Notes: generated by a model not told the origin, from the letters alone. Shown: positions 1 to 7,979, counted from the stretch's first letter. The stretch is DNA of 10,311 bases from Candidatus Bipolaricaulia bacterium (GCA_042219045.1 JBDGQO010000099.1:2794-13104); one strand, 5' to 3'. Made by a program: numbers and translations.

Positions 1-37
1 TGATCGCCATCGTTGGTCGGTCGATTGGCATCCTCTG

Positions 38-67
38 TTGACACCTTCAATCCAGCCCATGTACAGT
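38..67 (+). promoter_or_regulatory. Sigma70-type promoter for ilvE
   Basis: Perfect TTGACA (38-43), 18-nt spacer, TACAGT (62-67), about 90 nt upstream of the ilvE ATG. Confidence 0.6.
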
Positions 68-155
68 GAGCCAGCCATTTGTCCAGACCCATGCGGCAAT
101 ATGCAACTTGCGCATTCCCAGTTATTGCATCGCCCCACAAGGGAAGGAGGGCGTC

Positions 156-1034
156 ATGAAGGTCTACCTGAATGGCGAGTTCGTGGACGAAGGCGAAGCC
201 AGCGTCAGCGTCTTCGACCACGGGCTCCTCTATGGCGACGGCGTCTTTGAGGGTATTCGCGCCTACGACGGCTACGTGTTCAAACTGAAGGAGCACCTGG
301 ATCGGCTCTACGACAGCGCCAAGGCGATCGAACTGGACATTCCGCTCGCTCGCGAGGAGATGAGCGAGGCGATCCTGGAGACGCTGCGCACGAACGAGGT
401 CGACACGGCCTACATTCGGCCCGTCGTGACGCGCGGCGTGGGCGACCTCGGCATCGATCCCACCAAGTGCACGGAGGGGGCTTCCGTGATCATCATCGTC
501 AAGGAGTGGAAGTCGCTCTATCCCGAGGAGGTCTACCAGAAGGGGATGAGCGCGGCGGTCGTCTCGACGCGCGTGAAATCCCCCGAAAGCCTGCCGCCCA
601 GCGTCAAGTCGCTCAACTACCTGGCCAACATCCTGGCCCGCATCGAGGCGAACCACCTCGGCGTCGACGAGGGAATCATGCTCGACCCGAACGGCTTCGT
701 CTCCGAAGGGACGGCGGACAACCTCTTCATCGTCAAGGACGGCGCCCTCTACACGCCGCCGGTCGTGAGCAATCTGCCCGGTATCACGCGAGCCTCGGTG
801 ATCGACGTGGCGCAGGATGCCGGCTACGAGGTCGAGGAACAGTTCTTCGGCGTGGCCCAGCTCTACATGGCCGACGAGATGTTCCTCACGGGCACGGCCG
901 CCGAGATCGCGCCCATCGTGGAGGTCAATGGGCGCGCCATTGCCGACGGAACGCCAGGGCCGATCACCCACGACCTGCGCAAGCGCTTCATGGCGATCAC
1001 GGGCAAGCCCGAAACCGGCACGCCTGTCGGGTAG
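156..1034 (+). CDS. ilvE: Branched-chain amino acid aminotransferase (PLP fold type IV)
   Basis: Motifs [40 protein letters not shown] (PLP lysine), [26 protein letters not shown] at 156 follows AAGGAGG (144-150), preferred over the GTG at 66. 292 aa. Confidence 0.93.
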   Translation: MKVYLNGEFVDEGEASVSVFDHGLLYGDGVFEGIRAYDGYVFKLKEHLDRLYDSAKAIELDIPLAREEMSEAILETLRTNEVDTAYIRPVVTRGVGDLGIDPTKCTEGASVIIIVKEWKSLYPEEVYQKGMSAAVVSTRVKSPESLPPSVKSLNYLANILARIEANHLGVDEGIMLDPNGFVSEGTADNLFIVKDGALYTPPVVSNLPGITRASVIDVAQDAGYEVEEQFFGVAQLYMADEMFLTGTAAEIAPIVEVNGRAIADGTPGPITHDLRKRFMAITGKPETGTPVG

Positions 1035-1063
1035 CCGAAGCGCTTAGAAAGGAGCTGACCGTC

Positions 1064-1660
1064 GTGAGGCATCCGTCGCTTGGCCGTGTATGGTGGGTGG
1101 CATCGCTCGTGGCGATCGTCGTCGGCGTCGGGGCGTTCAGTGGGGGCGCCCAGCCGGACGAGGCCGAGACCGAGCCCGCCGACGCCCGGTGGGCGCTCGG
1201 CATCCACGCCAATTTCCCCTTTTTGGGCATCAGCATCCGGAATGGGTCCGACGCCCGCTTCGGCTACGAGTTGAACGTGGCGCCGATTCCGCAGTGCGAG
1301 CCCCCGGATCCGGAGAATCCGTCGGAACCACCGGACGAGGGCCCGATCGAAGGGCGGGAGTTCGAATGCCCCAATCGGCTCGATCTGCTCGTGTCCACGC
1401 GCGGCCTATGGCGGGTCAGCGACAACGCGCGCGCGGACTTCTATCTGAGCGGCGGACCGTCCGCGACGATCCGCTTTGGCGGGGCGGCCTCGCCCGCCTT
1501 GCGGGAGCCGTTTTTCGCGACGCTGGCCGAGATCCGAATCGCCAACTGGCCCATCCCGCGCGTCTATCCCGTGATTGACTACGGCTTTGCGCTCAACTTG
1601 ACCAACGTGTTCGACTTCCGCTGGATCGCCGGTGGGATCGGATTCCACTATGTGTTCTAG
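1064..1660 (+). CDS. Hypothetical exported protein, probable small outer-membrane beta-barrel
   Basis: GTG at 1064 after AAAGGAG (1048-1054), in the frame of the 467..1660 ORF. Basic plus hydrophobic signal peptide, alternating amphipathic strands, C-terminal GIGFHYVF. 198 aa. Confidence 0.7.
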   Translation: MRHPSLGRVWWVASLVAIVVGVGAFSGGAQPDEAETEPADARWALGIHANFPFLGISIRNGSDARFGYELNVAPIPQCEPPDPENPSEPPDEGPIEGREFECPNRLDLLVSTRGLWRVSDNARADFYLSGGPSATIRFGGAASPALREPFFATLAEIRIANWPIPRVYPVIDYGFALNLTNVFDFRWIAGGIGFHYVF

Positions 1661-1709
1661 CAAGGGACAACAAGGCGATCGCCACCCGGATGGAGAGTGA
1701 TGTCGCAGC

Positions 1710-3179
1710 ATGGCTGACTCGGCAGTCCGCGTACGCTTCGCGCCCAGCCCGACGGGCGAGCTCCACGTCGGCGGCGCGCGGACGGCGCTATTCAACTGGC
1801 TCTATGCGCGCAAGCACGATGGAACGTTCGTGCTGCGCTTCGAGGACACGGATCTGGAGCGCAACCGGCCTGACCTCATTGACCCCATCACGGACAGCTT
1901 CCGGTGGCTCGGGCTCGAGCCCGACGAAGGCCCGTTCTTCCAGAGCGAACGGCTGGCGATCTACGAGGATCACGCCGAGCGGCTGCTCGAGGCGGGCCAG
2001 GCGTATCGCTGTTACTGCACGGCCGAGGAACTGGAGGCCAAGCGCCAGCAGGCGCTGGCTGAGAAGCGCAAGCCGCTCTATGACGGGCGCTGTCGCCACC
2101 TGACCGACGAGCAGCGTCAGGCATTCGAGGCAGAGGGCCGCAGGCCCGCGCTGCGACTCGTCTCGCCGCCGACGGGCTCGACGGTCGTCAAGGACCGCGT
2201 GCGCGGCGTCGTGGAGTTCGACAACGCCGAGATCGACGACCTCATCATCATGCGCTCCGACGGTCGGCCGACGTACAACTTCGCCGTGGTGATCGACGAC
2301 GCGACCATGGGCATCACGCACGTAATCCGCGCCGACGAGCACCTGAACAACACGCCGAAGCAGATCCTCATCTACGACGCGCTCGGGGTCGACCTCCCCG
2401 AATTTGCCCACGTGCCGATGGTGCTGGCCAAGGACCGCTCGAAGCTGTCCAAGCGTCACGGCGCCACGACGGTGCAGGAGTACCGCAACAAGGGCTACCT
2501 GCCCGAGGCGATGGTCAACCACCTCGCCCGCCTCGGCTGGTCCTATGGCGACCAGGAGATCTTCGATCGGGCCGAGCTCATCGACAAATTCTCCATTGAC
2601 GGCATCAATCCGTCGGCGTCGATCTTCGACGACGAGAAGCTGACGTGGCTGAACCACCACTACGTCATGAACGGCGATCCGGAGCGCATCGGGCGCCTGA
2701 TGAGAGATTACGCGCTCGAGCACGGCATTCTGTCCGAGGCGGAAGCCGAAGCGGTTCCCGAGGCCCGTTGGGTCGCCACCGTGGATTTCCTCAAGGAGCG
2801 TCGGGAGACGCTGGCGGATCTCGCACAGGGGGCCGTTCCCTTCCTGACCGATCGAATCAAGTTCGATCAAGCGGCCGTGGAGAAGCATCTGACGCCGGAG
2901 AAGGGACGGTTGCTCAACGAGCTGGCCAATCAGATCCGCGAGCTGCCGGCAGCTGAGTTCAACGCGGAGACGTTGGACGAGCGGATCCGGGCCTGGCTCG
3001 GGGAGCACGACCTCAAGCTGGGCGCGGTCGCCCAACCCTGCCGCGTGGCGCTGACGGGGCTCGACAAGGGGCCCGGGCTGTTCGAGACGATGGCATTCCT
3101 TGGCCAGCATCGAACGGCCCAGCGCCTGGACCATGCCGTCATGCTCGCCAACCAGGGCACGTCCTCGACGGCCCCATGA
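1710..3179 (+). CDS. gltX: Glutamate--tRNA ligase
   Basis: RVRFAPSPTGELHVGG (HIGH-like), LRFEDTD, Zn motif CYC...YDGRCRH, TYNFAVVIDD, ITHVIR, KLSKR (KMSKS-like), anticodon domain RVALTG...GPGLF. Confidence 0.97.
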   Translation: MADSAVRVRFAPSPTGELHVGGARTALFNWLYARKHDGTFVLRFEDTDLERNRPDLIDPITDSFRWLGLEPDEGPFFQSERLAIYEDHAERLLEAGQAYRCYCTAEELEAKRQQALAEKRKPLYDGRCRHLTDEQRQAFEAEGRRPALRLVSPPTGSTVVKDRVRGVVEFDNAEIDDLIIMRSDGRPTYNFAVVIDDATMGITHVIRADEHLNNTPKQILIYDALGVDLPEFAHVPMVLAKDRSKLSKRHGATTVQEYRNKGYLPEAMVNHLARLGWSYGDQEIFDRAELIDKFSIDGINPSASIFDDEKLTWLNHHYVMNGDPERIGRLMRDYALEHGILSEAEAEAVPEARWVATVDFLKERRETLADLAQGAVPFLTDRIKFDQAAVEKHLTPEKGRLLNELANQIRELPAAEFNAETLDERIRAWLGEHDLKLGAVAQPCRVALTGLDKGPGLFETMAFLGQHRTAQRLDHAVMLANQGTSSTAP

Positions 3180-3727
3180 GGATCACGGGCGGAGCGCTCG
3201 GAAGCCGACGCCTGCACGTTCCACGCAGCGCCGACATTCGCCCCATGCGCGACCAGGTGCGCGCGGCCCTGTTCAACATTCTCATGGACGTCGTCGAGGA
3301 CAGCGTCTTCCTCGATCTCTTCGCCGGGACGGGCAGCGTCGGTTTGGAAGCGCTCAGTCGCGGCGCCGCGGAGGCCGTCTTCGTCGATCAGGGACGAGAG
3401 GCGCTCGAGCTATTGCAACGTAACGTCGCCGAGCTGGCGGTCGGCGATCGGGCCCACATCCTCGCCGAGGACGTCTTTCGGGCTCTGACGCAATTGAGCG
3501 AGGCGGATCGACGCTTCGACCTCGTCTTCGTCGGGCCGCCGTACGGCGCGGAGCTCGCGCACCAGACGCTGATCCAAGTAGCTGATGAGGACGTTCTGGG
3601 GCCGGAGGCCGTTGTCGTCACGGAGATCTTCAAAAAGGAAAGTGTGAATGCGGAATACGGCTTGCTGACGCGGATTGATGAGCGGCTCTACGGCGACAAT
3701 CGCCTGGTCTTCTATCGGCGAACGTGA
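3176..3727 (+). CDS. rsmD: RsmD-family (16S rRNA m2G966-type) SAM-dependent methyltransferase with atypical motif IV
   Basis: MRITGG start, IRP..D.VR.ALFN, LDLFAGTGSVGLEALSRGA, xPPY, C-terminal YGD..L.FY. ATGA overlap with the gltX stop. Confidence 0.87.
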   Translation: MRITGGALGSRRLHVPRSADIRPMRDQVRAALFNILMDVVEDSVFLDLFAGTGSVGLEALSRGAAEAVFVDQGREALELLQRNVAELAVGDRAHILAEDVFRALTQLSEADRRFDLVFVGPPYGAELAHQTLIQVADEDVLGPEAVVVTEIFKKESVNAEYGLLTRIDERLYGDNRLVFYRRT

Positions 3728-3786
3728 CGACGGGCTCGGTGGCCGGCTCCCGTATTGCTCACGCGTGGCCACGTAGCCACGTAGCG

Positions 3787-4086
3787 CTAGCGGTACGTAT
3801 CAGCGGGATCGTCTGCCTGTTCCTGCTCCATGTATTCCTGGATCTTGCGGGATTCCCACTCGCGCCCGAACAGACCGGGAATGCCGAAGACCCCAGCCGC
3901 ATGGCCCGCCAAGCCGAGGCCCCAGCCCAACAGCGGCCAAACGAACCAGAGGTAGGCCGTGGACGTCGTGAGGTTGATGACGACCAGCGCGGCGTTGACG
4001 ACGAGATACACGCCTGCATGGATGTAGAAGCTCTTGAGTGCCTCAACCCGTCGCTTGGCTCGGCGATAGCGTTCCTGCTCGTCCAT
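3787..4086 (-). CDS. 2TM domain small membrane protein
   Basis: Y.RAKRRV...K.FYIH...YLVVN...WF.WPLLGWGLGL..HA..VF...FG..WE.RKI.EYM pattern typical of the 2TM family. Two hydrophobic segments. ATG at 4086, 99 aa. Confidence 0.85.
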   Translation of the reverse strand: MDEQERYRRAKRRVEALKSFYIHAGVYLVVNAALVVINLTTSTAYLWFVWPLLGWGLGLAGHAAGVFGIPGLFGREWESRKIQEYMEQEQADDPADTYR

Positions 4087-4121
4087 GGATTCTCTCTGCA
4101 AGATGAGCTGGTATTGACATT

Positions 4122-4150
4122 ACCCTACTGCCGTATGTCGAACGGCGCAA
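4122..4150 (-). promoter_or_regulatory. Possible weak sigma70-type promoter for the 2TM gene
   Basis: Minus strand TTGCGC-N17-TAGGGT in the short intergenic gap. Confidence 0.25.
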
Positions 4151-4162
4151 CGCGCATTGAGC

Positions 4163-5653
4163 TCACGGCTCGATCGCGCGGAACGCGCCGTCCCCCGTGC
4201 CGATGGCATAGATGGGATCGCTGACCGGGTTGACGTCGGTGACGAACAGATCCAGGACCCCGTCACGATTGAAGTCGGCCAAGACAGCGTCCATGGAGCT
4301 GCCGCCGCCCGGCAATCCCATGTTCTTGACGTCTCGGGTCTTGAACGTCCCGTCGCCGTTGTTGAACGCCACGGTGTTGTTCTGACGACCGCTGATGCCG
4401 CCGTTGGCAATGACCAAGTCCGGATCGCCGTCGCGGTCGATGTCGCCGGATGTGGCGCCGTAGCTCATGACCCCGCTGCCGAGCGCCAACCCGGCGTCGG
4501 CCGCCTCGATGGCCGTAAACGTTCCGTCGCCGTTGTTGAGCGCCAGGGCGTTTTCCAAATAGGGATCGGCCCGCGCGACGAACAGATCCACCGCGCCGTC
4601 GCCATTGAAGTCCTCCGTGACGACAGCGGAGCTCGTGCCCCCCTCGGGCAATCCGACCGATGCCAGATCTTGACGTTCAAACGTCCCATCTCCCGCATTG
4701 ATCAACATGTCGTCGTTCTCCTCGATCGGCTGCCCGCTCTGGGCACGGATGCCGTTGGCAACGTAGAGGTCAAGCCATCCATCCCGGTTGAAGTCGGCGG
4801 CGGCAGCGGCGACGGCGGTTGCGTCGCTCGGAATGCCGGCCTCCCCAAGCGGCATCGTCGAGAACTTCCCGTCGCCGTTGTTGAGCGCGTAGACCGACGT
4901 CTGCGAGTTCGGCACAAACAGATCCACGGCGCCGTCTCCGTTGAAGTCAGCGGCCACGGCGCTGCCGTTGGTGAAACTGCCACGGGGCAAGCCAGCGGCC
5001 TTGAGGTCGAGTTGCTCGAATCGTCCACTGCCGTCGTTGCGCAGGTACCAATTGGCCTGACCGACGCTGTTGGAGACGTACAGATCCGTATCTCCGTCAC
5101 GGTCGAAGTCGGCAGCCGTGACTCCCGTGGATGCCCCGCCACTGGGCAGACCGTACTCGGCCAACGCAACGACGTTGAAGGATCCATCCCCGTTGCCGAG
5201 CGCGTAGAGGTTGTCGGCGTTCGTGTTGTAGCCGTTGGCAATGTAGAGATCGGGAATCCCATCGTCGTTGAAGTCGGCGACCGCGGCCTTCGTCGTCTGC
5301 CCGCGCGTCGGCAAACCGGACGAGGTGAGTTGGGGCTCAGAAGGCCCTGATTGTCGGATCTGCTGGGACAACGTCTGGAGTCGGCTTTCCAGGGACGCCA
5401 GTCGCGATCGGTTGGTTGTCAAGTCCTCACGTAGCTCGCGGATTTCGTCTTGAATCCCAGTCAGCGTGGTTCGCAGCTCGCGCATCGACGAATTGACCCC
5501 ATCCGTCGTCTCCGTCAGCGTCCCCATGCCGGATTCGATCGCCGAGAGTCGATTTGCCAGATCGTCCACTTGCTGGGTAAGCGAGACGCCGAACCAGAGC
5601 AACACCCCGACCACAACCAAGCCAATTACTCCGAATATCGCTTGCGTGCGCAC
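4163..5653 (-). CDS. Membrane-anchored coiled-coil plus FG-GAP/VCBS-repeat beta-propeller surface protein
   Basis: GTG at 5653 with AAAGGAGG (5666-5673). N-terminal TM helix (aa ~5-24), heptad-like helix (aa ~25-101), seven D(F/I)(N/D)xDGxxDL repeats each followed by an xxGDGxF-like turn. Confidence 0.88.
   Translation of the reverse strand: MRTQAIFGVIGLVVVGVLLWFGVSLTQQVDDLANRLSAIESGMGTLTETTDGVNSSMRELRTTLTGIQDEIRELREDLTTNRSRLASLESRLQTLSQQIRQSGPSEPQLTSSGLPTRGQTTKAAVADFNDDGIPDLYIANGYNTNADNLYALGNGDGSFNVVALAEYGLPSGGASTGVTAADFDRDGDTDLYVSNSVGQANWYLRNDGSGRFEQLDLKAAGLPRGSFTNGSAVAADFNGDGAVDLFVPNSQTSVYALNNGDGKFSTMPLGEAGIPSDATAVAAAAADFNRDGWLDLYVANGIRAQSGQPIEENDDMLINAGDGTFERQDLASVGLPEGGTSSAVVTEDFNGDGAVDLFVARADPYLENALALNNGDGTFTAIEAADAGLALGSGVMSYGATSGDIDRDGDPDLVIANGGISGRQNNTVAFNNGDGTFKTRDVKNMGLPGGGSSMDAVLADFNRDGVLDLFVTDVNPVSDPIYAIGTGDGAFRAIEP
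4166..5317 (-). repeat. Seven protein-level FG-GAP-like repeats (~55 aa each)
   Basis: DFNDDG, DFDRDG, DFNGDG, DFNRDG, DFNGDG, DIDRDG, DFNRDG, each preceded by a GLP-like motif (GLP/GIP/GLA). Confidence 0.85.
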
Positions 5654-5711
5654 GACGAGCGTCAGCCTCCTTTGTCAGTCACTCCGACAAGCCGATGGAT
5701 GCGTGAGGGAA

Positions 5712-5744
5712 GAAGGGGATGGGTCGACCGGACCCATCCCCTTC
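5712..5744 (-). terminator. Perfect 14-bp hairpin, probable intrinsic terminator or mRNA-stabilising stem
   Basis: GAAGGGGATGGGTC (5712-5725), 5-nt loop, GACCCATCCCCTTC (5731-5744). Lies 18 nt after the nucleotidase stop, with only a weak pyrimidine tail on the minus strand. Confidence 0.7.
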
Positions 5745-5762
5745 GTGGAAACGTTGCTCGGT

Positions 5763-7979
5763 TTACTCGCGCAGGACGCGGAGCTGATAGACGCCCTCTC
5801 TCTGCTCCACGACGCCGGTGAGCGACGCATCGCCGGACTCAGCGTTGCTCAGATCGACAAGCTGGCCACCGGGATCGGCGATGCCCTGGACCCGGACAAA
5901 GTTGCCCTCGTAGAACTCGGGGTTGTCCTGGATGTTGGGCAGGCGCACCGAGGCCGGATTCTGCGGCTGGACGTTGAACTCGGCATCACGATCGCCGCCG
6001 AGGGACGTGACGACCTCCGCCGAGGCCTCCTGCAACTCGAACTGGTTGCCGGCTTCGGTGAACGTGCCGGTGACCTCAACGAGGCTGCCCGTGCTGAGGT
6101 TCTCGGGCACCTGGCCGTCGACGCGCACGCGCAGGCCGTAGGCCGAGTCCTGCAGGTAGAACGTCTGGTCGTTCAGGCCGGCCTGCCCCGGGCCGACGGT
6201 GACGAGGCCGCGAATCGTGGTCTCGCTGCCCAGGTTGGCCGTGGTGGCCTCCATGCGCAGCCAGCCGATCTTGCCGAGCACGCGGCCATCAAGCGTCGGA
6301 TTGATCGTCCCGTCCTGCTTGATGCACTCGGACGAGGCGGACGCCTGCGGGAACGTCGTATCCAGCTTGCTCTGGGCGTTGGTGAACTCATCATAACCGT
6401 CCCCGCCGGCGACGAGGAAGTTGACCGTGGCGACCTTGTAGACCTTGTCCATCTGCAGCGGCTCGCCCTTGATCGTCACCGAGTCCTCGATCACGCGCTC
6501 GCCGGGCGGCTGACTCAGGTCGTAGGCATACTGCAACTGCTTCGAGACCTGCAAGTAGCGCCCCGACGTCGCCGCATAGCGACTGACGCTGTTCTCCAGC
6601 GCCTTCATGACCTGCTCGCCCGTCAGGTCGATCAGCACGATCGTGTTGCCGAACGGCGTGATCGCCTGGACGTCGCGGAAGGTCATGTCGCCGGCTGGCT
6701 GGGTGCTGCGGATGCCGCCGCCGTTCTGCAGCGCGAAGTCGGCCTGGCCGAAGCGGCGCACGAAGCAGTCGCTCAGGTAGTTGCCGACGTTGGTCTCGCG
6801 CTGACGGTTGGTCTGGGTCGAGCCGTCAAGCCGGACCGCCGTGGCGCCGACCGGCTCGCTGAGCCGCTCCTCCACCTCGGCGGCGAACTCGTCCACGAGC
6901 GCCTGGACGTCCATGTCCGGCGCGAAGGCCTCGCTGAAGGGGAAGTCGGGGAAGTTGGTCTCGATCTGCTCGCGCGTCTCCTCTTCGAGCGCGCCCAGGT
7001 CGTCGACGACCGGAATGTTCTGATAGCTGAAGTCGGCGATCTGGCCGTCCTGGACCGTCATGTCGAGCCGACCGACGCGGTTGCCGTCGCCGGGGCCCTG
7101 CACGGACAGCGACGGCCCCTCTTCCGTCCGCACGACGTTGTTGTCGGGGTTCGCCTCGGGATCGAGGATGGCGCCGGTACCGCCGTCCACGAAGACGTCG
7201 ATGCCCGGCACGGCCTGCTTGATCTCGGTGTCGATCCGCACGGCCGCGGCCAGGTGAAGCATGGCGACCACAAGATCGGCCCCGTTCTCGTTGCACATCG
7301 CCTTGGCATCGCGCGCCGCTTCGACGGGATCGGTGATGTTCGTGTTCGGGCCGAGCTGGGTGAGCTGAGCTTCTTGGATCTCCTGATCGAGCAGGCCGAA
7401 CATGCAGACGTTCAGGCCGTTGTGGTCGACGAGCAATCCCTGGTAGATCTGATTGTCGTGCTCGCCGCCGCGCAGCGCGTCGATCGTGGTCGTCTCGAAG
7501 CCGTTCATCAGCGGCGTGAGCGGGCTTTCTTCGTCCAACTCGAGGTTGGAAGCCAGATAGGGGAATCCGGCGTAATTTTTGATGGCGTCGGCCAGCGTCT
7601 GTTCGCCGCGGTCGAATTCGTGGTTGCCGAGGCCGGACGCGTCGAAGCCGGCTTCGCTCATGCCCTTGAACGTGGCTTCACCGAGGAAGAAGTTGAAGAA
7701 GTCCCCCGCGAGGACGTTGTCGCCGCCTGAGAGCGTCAGCATGCGCTCCGTGTTCTGGCGGACGCGCTCCACGTACGTGGCGATCTTGGCCACGCCCCCG
7801 AGACCGTCGCCTTCCGGTTGAAGCGCGGACTCGAGATCGTTCATGTGGAGAATGGTGATCTCGCCGTTGGCCTGCGCCTCGCTCAAGTTAGGCGCGGCGG
7901 ATAGTCCTAACGTTACGAGCGCGACGAGCGTAATCGCCACCCATCGCATGTGCCGTCGACCGTAGGTCAGAGGTGTCAT
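5763..7979 (-). CDS. Secreted bifunctional metallophosphatase/5'-nucleotidase family protein with C-terminal OB-fold-like region
   Basis: ATG at 7979 with AAAGGAGG (7989-7996). Signal peptide ending AQA. Motifs ILHMND, SGGDN, LGNHEFD, YLASN, RETNVGN, NGGGIR, PFGN, YLQVS, ATVNFLVAGGDGY. 738 aa. Confidence 0.9.
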   Translation of the reverse strand: MTPLTYGRRHMRWVAITLVALVTLGLSAAPNLSEAQANGEITILHMNDLESALQPEGDGLGGVAKIATYVERVRQNTERMLTLSGGDNVLAGDFFNFFLGEATFKGMSEAGFDASGLGNHEFDRGEQTLADAIKNYAGFPYLASNLELDEESPLTPLMNGFETTTIDALRGGEHDNQIYQGLLVDHNGLNVCMFGLLDQEIQEAQLTQLGPNTNITDPVEAARDAKAMCNENGADLVVAMLHLAAAVRIDTEIKQAVPGIDVFVDGGTGAILDPEANPDNNVVRTEEGPSLSVQGPGDGNRVGRLDMTVQDGQIADFSYQNIPVVDDLGALEEETREQIETNFPDFPFSEAFAPDMDVQALVDEFAAEVEERLSEPVGATAVRLDGSTQTNRQRETNVGNYLSDCFVRRFGQADFALQNGGGIRSTQPAGDMTFRDVQAITPFGNTIVLIDLTGEQVMKALENSVSRYAATSGRYLQVSKQLQYAYDLSQPPGERVIEDSVTIKGEPLQMDKVYKVATVNFLVAGGDGYDEFTNAQSKLDTTFPQASASSECIKQDGTINPTLDGRVLGKIGWLRMEATTANLGSETTIRGLVTVGPGQAGLNDQTFYLQDSAYGLRVRVDGQVPENLSTGSLVEVTGTFTEAGNQFELQEASAEVVTSLGGDRDAEFNVQPQNPASVRLPNIQDNPEFYEGNFVRVQGIADPGGQLVDLSNAESGDASLTGVVEQREGVYQLRVLRE

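Noticed and set aside
91..159. 22-aa uORF ([22 protein letters not shown]) ending in an ATGA overlap with ilvE, and a Leu-containing frame from ATG 101, as attenuation leaders
   Set aside because: No SD, no run of Ile/Leu/Val codons, and no terminator/antiterminator or T-box visible.
467..1063. N-terminal ~200 aa of the 397-aa ORF
   Set aside because: Arg/Gly-rich off-frame overlap of ilvE. The real gene most likely starts at GTG 1064 behind its own SD.
3764..3785. GCCACGTA x2 direct repeat and 6-bp hairpin between convergent rsmD and 2TM genes
   Set aside because: Too short, no U-tract and only two copies. Not a CRISPR or a convincing terminator.
4114..4119. TTGACA on the + strand, antisense to the FG-GAP gene
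   Set aside because: No plausible -10 at 16-19 nt.
3724..4224. 166-aa + strand ORF overlapping the rsmD stop
   Set aside because: Antisense to the clearly recognisable 2TM gene, with no motifs.
5466..7730. 754-aa + strand ORF, and similar long antisense ORFs 1788..3134, 4157..5350 and 8263..9252
   Set aside because: They mirror well-supported genes on the opposite strand and show no family motifs. Such shadows are expected with high-GC codon bias.
7950..7979. Possible Tat motif (YGRRHM) in the nucleotidase signal peptide
   Set aside because: Poor match to S/T-R-R-x-F-L-K, so a Sec signal is more likely.
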